Shown here piece by piece: positions 43,268 through 51,988 of a stretch of DNA of 64,000 nt. Location: the IMG/VR virus record IMGVR_UViG_3300005253_000070. One strand, 5' to 3'. Position numbers and translations under genes: made by a program. How positions within the stretch are numbered: the first letter of the stretch is position 1; each line of letters opens with the position of its first letter. The notes under the pieces were generated by a model that saw only the letters and a program-made list of their open reading frames with translations, ran no database searches and was not told where the DNA came from. This stretch comes from a virus.

Positions 43268-44458
43268 CTAGACTGTAATCCCCTCAAGTGATGCATAGAA
43301 GTTCGAGACAGTTTTCCATGCTTCCCAAGCGCCTCGTTGTGGTCCGAATGGGTTGGATGCCTGCTGAAACGTCATGCTGTCATCTTGCGGGATCTCTTGC
43401 CAGTACGAAAATATCTTGTTTATCGACTCTCCTCCTCCAGAAACTGGTCCCGTCAGCAAGGCCGTGGCAAAAGCCGCGACTGTTCGAGCGAAGGGAGACG
43501 ACATCCGCCCAAACTTATCTGAAGGCCACCCGGATAGGTAATAGAGTCGTACAAGTTGCGGTATCCGTGTCCAACTTTGTAGGAGATTCCATTCACTGTC
43601 CGTGTCATCCCACTTTGCTGGAACCAGCGATGCTATTCCTTTCTCTGGAAGCCATGGCTGTAGAAGGCCATATTGCTCACCAAAAGCAAGAGGTGCTAGC
43701 GCACTGTCTTGCCACCCGAAGACGATGGGAGCGAATTCGTTCGTATCGCTTCTTGAGTATACTCTGTAGACATCGACGTTGGCAAGGAAAGAAGCTGGAT
43801 CATTGCCATCTATAAACTTGCCCATCCCGTCCCACAGAGTGGGCTTGACAAACCACACCGATTGTCCCTCTATCGTAATGGTCGTTCCAGAAATCCACAC
43901 CTCTAGATTTCGGATACTCTCTTCGACGGTCGTGTCTGTCTCCCCTGCTGGATACACAGCAATCTCAGCAGGCAGCCACGACGAAGCATCGGCATGAATG
44001 ATCTCGAAGCGCATGATCTCGTTAAAGCCATCTCCGTCACGATCGATACTCGATCCGGAGATGTCCACGCCTGCTTCAATCAGGCTTACGAATCTTCGTC
44101 CACCCCCTATAAAGCGCGTGTGCTTCAGGTTCACAGTCTTCCTGTGTCGGGGATAGTTCATCTCCGGTGCGATTCTAGGCTGTGGATATATTTGGCGCTC
44201 ATCTGCCACATACTTTGGAGCTAGCCAGAATCCAGTATGCATAGACATCAGGTCTTCTGCCTTGGCTATAGCATCAGCTACCTGCTGCCTGCTTGCTTTG
44301 CCTGACTGCTGCCACCCATGCTGATACCACAAATCGTGAGTCCCTCGTTCCTCCGGGATCTGTGTTGTGATCACTTGATTGAAAAGTCGTGGATCGAATT
44401 GCATCTCCTCTGCCCACTGGTCCAAGCTGAGGAGTGTCGGAGTAGTCGCCTTTGCCAT
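43268..44458 (-). CDS. virion structural protein (head-tail joining region), function unknown
   Basis: 396 aa with AGGAGG RBS, between the glycan cassette and the tail gene. Confidence 0.5.
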   Translation of the reverse strand: MAKATTPTLLSLDQWAEEMQFDPRLFNQVITTQIPEERGTHDLWYQHGWQQSGKASRQQVADAIAKAEDLMSMHTGFWLAPKYVADERQIYPQPRIAPEMNYPRHRKTVNLKHTRFIGGGRRFVSLIEAGVDISGSSIDRDGDGFNEIMRFEIIHADASSWLPAEIAVYPAGETDTTVEESIRNLEVWISGTTITIEGQSVWFVKPTLWDGMGKFIDGNDPASFLANVDVYRVYSRSDTNEFAPIVFGWQDSALAPLAFGEQYGLLQPWLPEKGIASLVPAKWDDTDSEWNLLQSWTRIPQLVRLYYLSGWPSDKFGRMSSPFARTVAAFATALLTGPVSGGGESINKIFSYWQEIPQDDSMTFQQASNPFGPQRGAWEAWKTVSNFYASLEGITV

Positions 44459-44466
44459 ATCTCCTC

Positions 44467-44739
44467 CTATGAAAGGATCTTGAATGTCGTCTTTCCAAAA
44501 CGGCGTACCAGCTCATCCGCATCCTGTCTAGGCATGCGAACTCTCTTCCTGGCTCCTGCATCAAACCTGTACTTTCGTCTCGACGGCAGAGGGAATGACC
44601 GAGCGCCCATGATGTCTAAGAGGAACTCCACCTGAACTTGTTCGAATCTTTTCTTCTGCTCTCTCTTCACCACTGCAGAGGACGTCTTGGGAGCATCCAG
44701 ACGGATCGAACCAGGCCGCATTCTTGATCGCGCTCGCAC
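44467..44739 (-). CDS. hypothetical very basic small protein
   Basis: 90 aa, R/K-rich. Weak RBS and uncertain start. Confidence 0.35.
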   Translation of the reverse strand: MRARSRMRPGSIRLDAPKTSSAVVKREQKKRFEQVQVEFLLDIMGARSFPLPSRRKYRFDAGARKRVRMPRQDADELVRRFGKTTFKILS

Positions 44740-44766
44740 GGAGCGCGTGCGTGTCCTACGATTCCC

Positions 44767-47151
44767 TCAACCACGCCTCGCGGCTGGAGTCATATCAGAG
44801 TACCTCCCTCTTATCTCTAGGAGGAGAGCGTCTTTGTTTCTTAAACTCTCCTCTCTGCGTACTCCGGTATCGTATCGATATGCGAAGAGCGGAAGCGGAA
44901 CCCTTGCGCCTCCATAGCCGTTCATACCCAACTTGATTTCGTAGTCCCAGTCCTCCCACAGTGCCAGATTTTCGTCGAACCCACCGATGTCGAAGAACGC
45001 CTTTCTCGGGTGGAGAAAGGTGATTGCAAACAGGGCGTGCAACTTCAAACGGTCCAGATTCCATGGCTCAGCTCTATGGGCTTTCCCTTCTGGCAATGCA
45101 TACCAGTCGGAATAGAAAAACATGGCATCATCTGGGCATTCCTCAGCAGCCAAGAGGGTTTCGTGAACATATCCCCGCATCAAGTAGTCATCCGCGTCCA
45201 CGAAAGTGAGATACCTTCCTCGAGTATGCATCACGCCGATATTTCTTGCTGCAGAAACGTTTCCGATCTTTTGATTTCGTACCCACCGCACCCACGGGTA
45301 AGCATCTCTGTACGGAACAGAGCCGTAGTCCTCCAGGTCTCCTTCCTTCGTATCGTCCACAACGATGACTTCCCATCGATCATCGATCTGACCGGCAATG
45401 GACTCCAGGGCGTCTTGCAAGAGAGTCTTGTGTCCATCCCAAACAGGGATAACAAAACTGACTTCCGGCCTGTCGTAGTTGGGAACAGGGTGGGAAACTT
45501 TGTTATCTGGAGCTATTCGAGCAGCGAATGGAATTGGCCCACCGTTGGCAACGGGAAGCCATGCCAACCAGCGAGGTTCTTCCTTTTCTGCCCTTCTGAT
45601 TTGCGCCGTGGAGCTCATCTTATGAACACGATACTGATAGACAGCTTCCTCTGTGCAGCGTTCGACATCGTAGCCGATCAAAGGAATCCTCGTCCACAAT
45701 TCAGCATCTTCTGCAGGAGCAGCGTGCTGTCTAAACCCTCCTGCTCGCATAAATGCCCGTCTTCGCATCATATTGCACGATGGGACCTGGCATCTATTTT
45801 TCAGTTGTTGATCCATTCTAAACTTAGGGGGCCAGTCAGACTTTCTTCTGCTGACCTCTCCGGCCTCATTTATCGTAGCAAGTTTTCCATAAACCAAACC
45901 GAGAGTCGCCTTCTGAGTGATGCCCGTGAGAAGATCAACCAAGAAGTTTGGCAGCATCCTATCGTCTGCGTCAAGGAAAGAGAGGAACTCACCAGAGGAT
46001 GCCATGGCGCCGCTATTTCTAGCAGCAGCCACACCCTGATTCGGTTGGTCAATCACGGTGAATCTGCTATCTCCTCTAACAGCAGCACGAATCACCTGCA
46101 AGGAGTCATCCTTGGATCCATCGTTCACAACGATGCACTCCCAATTGTCATACGTTTGCGCCTTGACTGATTCAATGGCCTCCACCACGAAGGAGCTATA
46201 GTTGTAGCAAGGAATGATGACAGAGATATGACCTTCCCTATCTCTGGCGATATTCCTCAGGGCCAAATCATAGACGGAGCGATACCTGCCCATCGATTTC
46301 GCCCACGTATACTCCAACGCACGCTTCCTAGCTGCTCGGCTTAGTTCTTGGTGATTGTCCTGGATGTACTGAAGGCCTCTCAGTGTGTCTTCCATATTTC
46401 CAGGCTCAGCAACGTACCCCTCTTTCTTGTGCCGCACAAGAAATGGAAGATGCCCCCATCGCCAACCAAGTACAGGAAGACCAGCAGCCATTGCTTCTAG
46501 TATACCAATTCCAAACGTCTCCTTTGTTGGAGCAAAGTAGATGTTTGAGGAGTAGACGACCTTCTTCATTTCTTGGTAAGTCATAGAGCCAATGACGGAC
46601 ACATTTGTGGCACGCTCGCCGAATGTCGTGATGAACTGCGTACCCAATGCCGCTTGGGCTAGCTCGTCTAGGGACTCAGGGGAGCAAACACCAAAGGTCC
46701 TATTCTTGTTCCAAAGAACTACCGGTGAATCAAATGAGTATGGCTTTTCTGGCCATTCATCAAAGCCCAATCCGTGTGGCACCACCTCTGGCCAGAACCC
46801 CATATCTCTTGCAAATAGCTCAGCCACCCACGGACTTGGCACAGTGACGACTGATGCCTCCCGCGCCGAATCAATGACCAACTGGTTGATTCTCCACATC
46901 CAATTTTCCATCTCAGCAGGCTCGGCTGTTGGGTACAACCCATGGCAGTGAAGAACATCTATCTTGCGAGTTCGCATGTTATGTGAATGTATATGTCCCG
47001 CAAACAAGTCCGCGTTTTTCTCGCTTCCTACAAAAGAGATCCCATAGTCTGGGAGCATGTTGTGCATTCGTCGAATCACAATGTCAACACCGCTACGAAG
47101 TTTCTCCTCAGGCTTCGGGGGTGGAATAAGGTGTAGCTTTATTTCCTTCAT
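44767..47151 (-). CDS. three-domain glycosyltransferase (GT4-like GT-B + two GT2-like GT-A domains)
   Basis: 794 aa. The N-terminus has ETFGIGILEAMAAGLPVL (GT4 E-x7-E region). Then VIIPCYNYSSF...VVNDGSKDD...FLDADD, followed by FVIPVWDGHKT...VVDDTKEGD...FVDADD. Confidence 0.85.
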   Translation of the reverse strand: MKEIKLHLIPPPKPEEKLRSGVDIVIRRMHNMLPDYGISFVGSEKNADLFAGHIHSHNMRTRKIDVLHCHGLYPTAEPAEMENWMWRINQLVIDSAREASVVTVPSPWVAELFARDMGFWPEVVPHGLGFDEWPEKPYSFDSPVVLWNKNRTFGVCSPESLDELAQAALGTQFITTFGERATNVSVIGSMTYQEMKKVVYSSNIYFAPTKETFGIGILEAMAAGLPVLGWRWGHLPFLVRHKKEGYVAEPGNMEDTLRGLQYIQDNHQELSRAARKRALEYTWAKSMGRYRSVYDLALRNIARDREGHISVIIPCYNYSSFVVEAIESVKAQTYDNWECIVVNDGSKDDSLQVIRAAVRGDSRFTVIDQPNQGVAAARNSGAMASSGEFLSFLDADDRMLPNFLVDLLTGITQKATLGLVYGKLATINEAGEVSRRKSDWPPKFRMDQQLKNRCQVPSCNMMRRRAFMRAGGFRQHAAPAEDAELWTRIPLIGYDVERCTEEAVYQYRVHKMSSTAQIRRAEKEEPRWLAWLPVANGGPIPFAARIAPDNKVSHPVPNYDRPEVSFVIPVWDGHKTLLQDALESIAGQIDDRWEVIVVDDTKEGDLEDYGSVPYRDAYPWVRWVRNQKIGNVSAARNIGVMHTRGRYLTFVDADDYLMRGYVHETLLAAEECPDDAMFFYSDWYALPEGKAHRAEPWNLDRLKLHALFAITFLHPRKAFFDIGGFDENLALWEDWDYEIKLGMNGYGGARVPLPLFAYRYDTGVRREESLRNKDALLLEIRGRYSDMTPAARRG

Positions 47152-47660
47152 GCTTGCACACCCCCAACGTGAGGAGAAGGAACATCATTCAACAAGGCAA
47201 ATTCACCCCATGCCTCAAGAGCAGCAACGTTGTAGGCACAGCCGGCATCTGCTTCATTCACAAAGCGCCCAAGATTCCTGTAATGTCCCGATACAAGTAT
47301 TTGAGCACGCCATTTCTTCTTCGGTTTGTCCCAGTAGACACCCTTAAATCTGGAACTTCCCCTAGTCTTCTTTCGATTCGCGGCGTTTTGAGATCTCGTG
47401 CACACGCGAAGGTTCGCAATCCTACGATTATCGAGTGTGTCATGGTTTACATGGTCAACGAGCACCCCCTTGGGCGCTTTCATGATCTGCCTATGCATAT
47501 AGATTGTCCCTGGTCTCTCTCCTTTGACTCTGGGGACATTGCGCACCGCTTTTGGACCACCTTGCATTGTACACACATGCCACCTGTACTTCGATAGCTC
47601 CTCGTAGTCTTCGTCATCCACTTTTGTCGCATAGCCCCTAGTGAGCTTGATTATTCTCAT
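47148..47660 (-). CDS. HNH homing endonuclease with AP2 domain (copy 3)
   Basis: ATG at 47660 lies 1 nt after the upstream stop and is in frame with track ORF 47148..47699. Motifs MRIIKLTRGYATKVDDEDYEELSKYRWH, VDHVNHDTLDNRRIANLRVCTRSQN and SSRFKGVYWDKPKKKWRAQI. The stop overlaps the GT start. Confidence 0.85.
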   Translation of the reverse strand: MRIIKLTRGYATKVDDEDYEELSKYRWHVCTMQGGPKAVRNVPRVKGERPGTIYMHRQIMKAPKGVLVDHVNHDTLDNRRIANLRVCTRSQNAANRKKTRGSSRFKGVYWDKPKKKWRAQILVSGHYRNLGRFVNEADAGCAYNVAALEAWGEFALLNDVPSPHVGGVQA

Positions 47661-47661
47661 G

Positions 47662-48444
47662 CTACAGCTTCTTGATCTCTGCCAGAATGCGAGCAGCAAC
47701 CTGTGCAGGAGTCCATATTCCTGGGGTGTTAAGGATCGTCATGCAGCGTTCTCTTCCTTGAGGAGATTCGTATGGATAACCCTCCCTCGGAGATAGGTTT
47801 CGATCGAGATAGATCCACCAAGGACGGGTGGGAGCCATTGCATCCTCAACGGAATTTCTGATAGACTCCGTAGGGGCTATTACAGACACAACAACGTTTC
47901 TGTATTTAACTAATTGCTTGGCCAGCCGTGCCACTCGAATGTTATGGGCAAGTCTCTCTTCGATCGAGAAACCAGCTCCTAGAGAGATCGAAGCTCTCAT
48001 CTCATCCCCATCCAGGTTCACAGCATTCAAGGGACCCAGGAGCTCGTTTGCTATCGTGGTCTTCCCAGCACCGGAGTTTCCCGTTATCCAATAAATGCGA
48101 TGTCCCCCGTCTTCTCGTATCGCCGTTCCGCTCACGTTGGACGCTCTTGGCGCGCTCACTTTTCGAACTTCCCATCCTGGAGTCCTTCCGTAGACGACCT
48201 CAACGATGTTTGGCACATTGATGATTATCATGCGCCCTTCTGCAATCTCCTCCTTGTAGAAGGCCTCGAAGGCTACCGTTCTTTGCGCTTGAGTGAAGGG
48301 GTTGCTGTCTGTTCCATCCTCTTTTCTTAGGGCGATGACAACGCGCCGTCCCTCACTGAGAACCTTGTCTATCAACGCGAAGTGCCCCCTGTGTGGCATC
48401 GGCACCTGAAAGCGTCCCAGAATCAAGCTATACTCTTTGGACAT
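47662..48444 (-). CDS. NMNAT/cytidylyltransferase-like nucleotidyltransferase fused to adenylylsulfate (APS) kinase
   Basis: ATG at 48444 follows AGGAGG. N-terminal domain has GRFQVPMPHRGH and VSGTAIR. C-terminal domain has WITGNSGAGKTTIA, LDGDEMR, GFSIEERLAHNIRVARLA and VSVIAPT, collinear with CysC. Confidence 0.75.
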   Translation of the reverse strand: MSKEYSLILGRFQVPMPHRGHFALIDKVLSEGRRVVIALRKEDGTDSNPFTQAQRTVAFEAFYKEEIAEGRMIIINVPNIVEVVYGRTPGWEVRKVSAPRASNVSGTAIREDGGHRIYWITGNSGAGKTTIANELLGPLNAVNLDGDEMRASISLGAGFSIEERLAHNIRVARLAKQLVKYRNVVVSVIAPTESIRNSVEDAMAPTRPWWIYLDRNLSPREGYPYESPQGRERCMTILNTPGIWTPAQVAARILAEIKKL

Positions 48445-48495
48445 ATTGACCCTCCTGAAGGTCCACCAGTTGCTTTGAATCCATTCCGTCATCCT

Positions 48496-49065
48496 CTAAA
48501 GCCCAGTCGCTCCTGGCACAGAAAAAATGATTGGGCGCAAAAGCTGTTCGTACTGTGGCGGATACGCTACGATTGCATCGCGGACCAACATAACGATGCT
48601 ATCCTCTAACCTACAACCGATCTCCTCCAGTGTTGGCCACCCCTCAAGCCCCTGTCGGCCAAATAGACGGGCGTCATCGATGAAGATGACATGGTTATAC
48701 GGATGCTGTGCGATAGCATCTAGCTCTTCTCTGATCGGAGGCCTGTGCTTACCATCGTGAGCGTCGAGCCAGAAGAGGATAGGCCCTTCTTTTACAAGAC
48801 TTAGAAGATCTGGAAGGAGAGAACCGGAGTCTCCCCAAAGGGCAACGAGGTTCTCCACCCCCGCCTCCTCTGCTACATGCTGCATCGCCAGGTATCCCTT
48901 CATGCTCTTCTCAATCGTATAAACATCCCTGAAGCGGGATGCAGCCCACATAGCTGTATCACCTCGATGCGTACCAGTTTCGATGAACACGTCAATGGAC
49001 AATGCTTCAGCAATTTCTTCGACCAGTTTTTGGAGATCCTCGTTTGCCGATAGCGATCCACCCAC
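48496..49065 (-). CDS. putative class I SAM-dependent methyltransferase-like protein
   Basis: 189 aa, GTG start after AAGGAG. Contains VFIETGTHRGDT...YTIE...GDS...LFWLDAH...VIFIDD, a pattern seen in polysaccharide-cluster methyltransferase-like proteins. Confidence 0.45.
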   Translation of the reverse strand: MGGSLSANEDLQKLVEEIAEALSIDVFIETGTHRGDTAMWAASRFRDVYTIEKSMKGYLAMQHVAEEAGVENLVALWGDSGSLLPDLLSLVKEGPILFWLDAHDGKHRPPIREELDAIAQHPYNHVIFIDDARLFGRQGLEGWPTLEEIGCRLEDSIVMLVRDAIVAYPPQYEQLLRPIIFSVPGATGL

Positions 49066-49080
49066 CTGCAGGTCTCCTTG

Positions 49081-50046
49081 CTACAAACTTTCCTGAAGTA
49101 CGTTATCCTCAATCCACCTATAGGTAACTGAGAGTCCTGCCTCTAAGGGAATGCTAGGAGCCCACTTTAGGATTTCGTTGATTCTATCGTTGTTCGAATT
49201 TCGACCACGAACACCCTGTGGACCATCGATATGCTTCTTTTGTATCCTCACACCTGCAATCTCTGCGATGATGTCGGCAAGCTCATTGATAGAGACTAGC
49301 CTGTCACTGCCCAAATTGAGAGGATACGGGTAGTCCGAGCGCATAAGCCTAAGAATCCCCTCGATGCAATCATCTACCAGCATAAATGATCGCGTTTGCT
49401 CTCCATCACCCCAGATCTCTATCCTCGGTTCCCAGGAGGTTCTTTTTCCTTCAGCAATCTTTCTGCAAAGAGCAGCAGGAACCTTCTCTGCATTATCATT
49501 CCAAGATCCCTTCGGCCCATAGACATTATGAAACCGAGCAATCCGCGTAGTCATCCCATAGTCTTCTGCATAGGAAAGGCAGAGTTGCTCCATACACAGC
49601 TTCTCTAGGCCATAGGTATCCTGAGGATCGGCAGGGTAAGCATCATCCTCTTTTAGTCCTAGAATGTCTGTCCGTTCCTGCTTGAAATTTGGGTAGACAC
49701 AGGCGGAGGAACTGTAGAAGAAGCGACCTACTCCGCCTGTCCTTGCAGCCTCAAGAATATGTGTGTCTATAAGTAGGTTGTCATGCAGAATGGATGCGCT
49801 GTGAGAGGAGATGAAGCCCATACCTCCCATAGAAGCCGCCAAGTGGTATACCTCATCTATTCCATCCACAGCGATATAGCACGTGGCTCTGTCTCGCAGA
49901 TCACCAAAGAAGAAATCGTCGCATGGAATAGGGCCATACCGTGGTTTAGCAATGTCTGCTCCACGTACCCAATACCCTTCTTCCTTCAACCGCTTTGCCA
50001 AATGTCCGCCGATGAACCCTGACACACCTGTTACAAGTGCCTTCAT
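49081..50046 (-). CDS. NAD-dependent nucleotide-sugar epimerase, GDP-mannose 3,5-epimerase-like
   Basis: 321 aa with VTGVSGFIGGHL, SSSACVYP and YGLEKL (Y-x3-K). Long blocks (ASMGGMGFI, RFHNVYGP, WGDGEQTRSF) resemble GME as I remember it. Confidence 0.8.
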   Translation of the reverse strand: MKALVTGVSGFIGGHLAKRLKEEGYWVRGADIAKPRYGPIPCDDFFFGDLRDRATCYIAVDGIDEVYHLAASMGGMGFISSHSASILHDNLLIDTHILEAARTGGVGRFFYSSSACVYPNFKQERTDILGLKEDDAYPADPQDTYGLEKLCMEQLCLSYAEDYGMTTRIARFHNVYGPKGSWNDNAEKVPAALCRKIAEGKRTSWEPRIEIWGDGEQTRSFMLVDDCIEGILRLMRSDYPYPLNLGSDRLVSINELADIIAEIAGVRIQKKHIDGPQGVRGRNSNNDRINEILKWAPSIPLEAGLSVTYRWIEDNVLQESL

Positions 50047-51365
50047 CTTTGCTCCGATACACCAATGTAGCGCATCTTGATCTTCTTGGAGTTCTGTATT
50101 TTGCCCCTGAGAATTCTCCAGCAGTCAACAACTGTTCCCTGCTTCTGCCTCTGCTCGAAATCAGACTGAGAAATCTGGGCAAACTGCTCTGTGCGATTTG
50201 CGATGATTATGACGTCTGCCTTTTTCAAACAAGCCCCTAGAGACCAAGGCTCAATGAATTCTGGAAGAGACATCTGCCTCATCCTCTCGTCATATCCTAC
50301 AACTCTTACATCCTTAGCTGCCATCCTTCTAGCTAGTTCTATGGAAGGCGATCCAATCATACATGGAGTTCCCGATTTGTATGACAACCCTAGAATGGCA
50401 ACAGTACCTTTTTCACTGAGACATCCGGTAGCAATATCAACAAGTCTTCTCCACCTAGCCTTATTGGATCTGCTTACAGCCCATGGAAAGTTGCCTGGGA
50501 TACAAAGATCTTCTACAATCTCTTCAAAGGCCCTCACATCTCGAGGAAAGCAGGTTCCCCCATACGGCATTCCCGCTATGAAGTATTTCTTTCCGACCCT
50601 AGAGTCAGATCCAACAGCAGCGGAGACCAAGTCGATATCACCACCAGGGAAGCGCTCACAAATGTCCCCAAGAAGATTTGCGAATGCTATCTTCGAAGAA
50701 ACAAACATGTTGATCCCCATCTTGACAATCTCTGCATTAGTGAGTGACATCTGGTGAATCTGATGTGGTTCTACCAGCATTGTTGAGAGTATAAAGCCGA
50801 CCAAACCAACTCCAGCCTGCTGACCAGACTGTCCCACGATAACAAGGTTCGGGTTCAGGTAGTCTTCTATGACACTGCCTATGGCAACAAGCTCAGGATT
50901 GTATGCAAGTTCCCAGCTGTCACCACAGGCGTATCCCGACGCCTGTTCGATCGCCGGCTTGATCACTTCCTCCATCGTTCCTGGCATGAGCGTACTCATC
51001 ACGGAGATGATTCTACTGTCTCCATATGGCACTGTACCTCGGATGGCCTTTCCGATCCGCTTGCACACATCCAGCACATATTCATGAGAAAACTTCCCAT
51101 TTTTCAGGCTGGGTGTTGGTACCAGTACACCAATGACATCTGCACCATGCACACCTTGCTTCAGGTCAGTGGACGCGGAAAAGCTCCCCTTTACAGCGGA
51201 CATCATTTGCTTCATGTGGGGCTCATCCACAGGAGAAATCCCTGCGTTAATCTTATCCACAACCTTTCTGTTTTTGTCTATTCCAATGACATCATGGCCT
51301 CTACTGGCGATGGCAGCCGCTATCGGTGCCCCCAACTTTCCCAGCCCAACTATTGTGATGTTCAC
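50043..51365 (-). CDS. nucleotide-sugar 6-dehydrogenase (UDP-glucose/GDP-mannose dehydrogenase family)
   Basis: 440 aa. Has N-terminal IVGLGKLGAPIA and the catalytic-Cys motif GGTCFPRDV. Confidence 0.85.
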   Translation of the reverse strand: MNITIVGLGKLGAPIAAAIASRGHDVIGIDKNRKVVDKINAGISPVDEPHMKQMMSAVKGSFSASTDLKQGVHGADVIGVLVPTPSLKNGKFSHEYVLDVCKRIGKAIRGTVPYGDSRIISVMSTLMPGTMEEVIKPAIEQASGYACGDSWELAYNPELVAIGSVIEDYLNPNLVIVGQSGQQAGVGLVGFILSTMLVEPHQIHQMSLTNAEIVKMGINMFVSSKIAFANLLGDICERFPGGDIDLVSAAVGSDSRVGKKYFIAGMPYGGTCFPRDVRAFEEIVEDLCIPGNFPWAVSRSNKARWRRLVDIATGCLSEKGTVAILGLSYKSGTPCMIGSPSIELARRMAAKDVRVVGYDERMRQMSLPEFIEPWSLGACLKKADVIIIANRTEQFAQISQSDFEQRQKQGTVVDCWRILRGKIQNSKKIKMRYIGVSEQR

Positions 51366-51988
51366 CAGTTTTCCCTAATCCATATTGTCGTTTTCTTATC
51401 CCTCTTCCCATGCGTGAACCAGTTTCTTTGCACGAGAATCGGCTTGGTTGCTCCAAGAAACTTGCCTTTCACGCTTTTTGCTCTTTCTGCGCCTATTCGC
51501 TCCGCTGTCCATGGAGTAGCATGTCTTCGTAGCAACCGACGAAACACACCTGTTTGCCAAATGGTTCCCTTTTGTGAAAACAAAAACGGATTATCTTTGG
51601 CCATCCTAACGAAAAGAGCATCGCGTTTGTACGGCGTCCCCTTCGTTGTGAATCTCTTCGACAGCCTAACCATGCAGACTGAGGAATCTTCAGTTAGGGC
51701 AGCTAGCGCCCGAGCAATCCTTCGCGGATAAATCTCTACGGGGATGAGATCATCTAGGCAGAGCATCATTAGCTCGTCATGCATGTGATGGCGAAGGAAC
51801 AAATGCAGATTGTCCGCAAAGCCAAGATCTTTTCCCAGCTTGATGACCGTTGCATCAACGTCTATGTTCTCTTCGTTTGTGATGACAATCACGTCGTAGG
51901 GACACTGTGGCCAAAGTTTCCGAAGAAAATGAATGTGTGCCGGGATAGTATGGGCATACTTGTCACAAGTGGGAATGACAATCTTCAC
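51362..51988 (-). CDS. hypothetical protein, tandem paralog A (possible GT-A-like, CLDDL)
   Basis: 208 aa. Starts MKIVIPTCDKYAHTIPAHIHFLRKLWPQCPYDV, near-identical at the N-terminus to the upstream gene. Confidence 0.5.
   Translation of the reverse strand: MKIVIPTCDKYAHTIPAHIHFLRKLWPQCPYDVIVITNEENIDVDATVIKLGKDLGFADNLHLFLRHHMHDELMMLCLDDLIPVEIYPRRIARALAALTEDSSVCMVRLSKRFTTKGTPYKRDALFVRMAKDNPFLFSQKGTIWQTGVFRRLLRRHATPWTAERIGAERAKSVKGKFLGATKPILVQRNWFTHGKRDKKTTIWIRENW

Noticed and set aside
44740-44766. 7-bp palindrome CGCGCTC-CGTGC-GAGCGCG after the glycosyltransferase gene
   Set aside because: It is short, has no U-run and overlaps the possible start of ORF 44467..44739. There is insufficient evidence for a terminator or operator.
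45010-46170. 386-aa + ORF
   Set aside because: It lies antisense and entirely inside the glycosyltransferase gene, which has clear GT2/GT4 motifs. No motifs or RBS are present. It is a typical shadow ORF.
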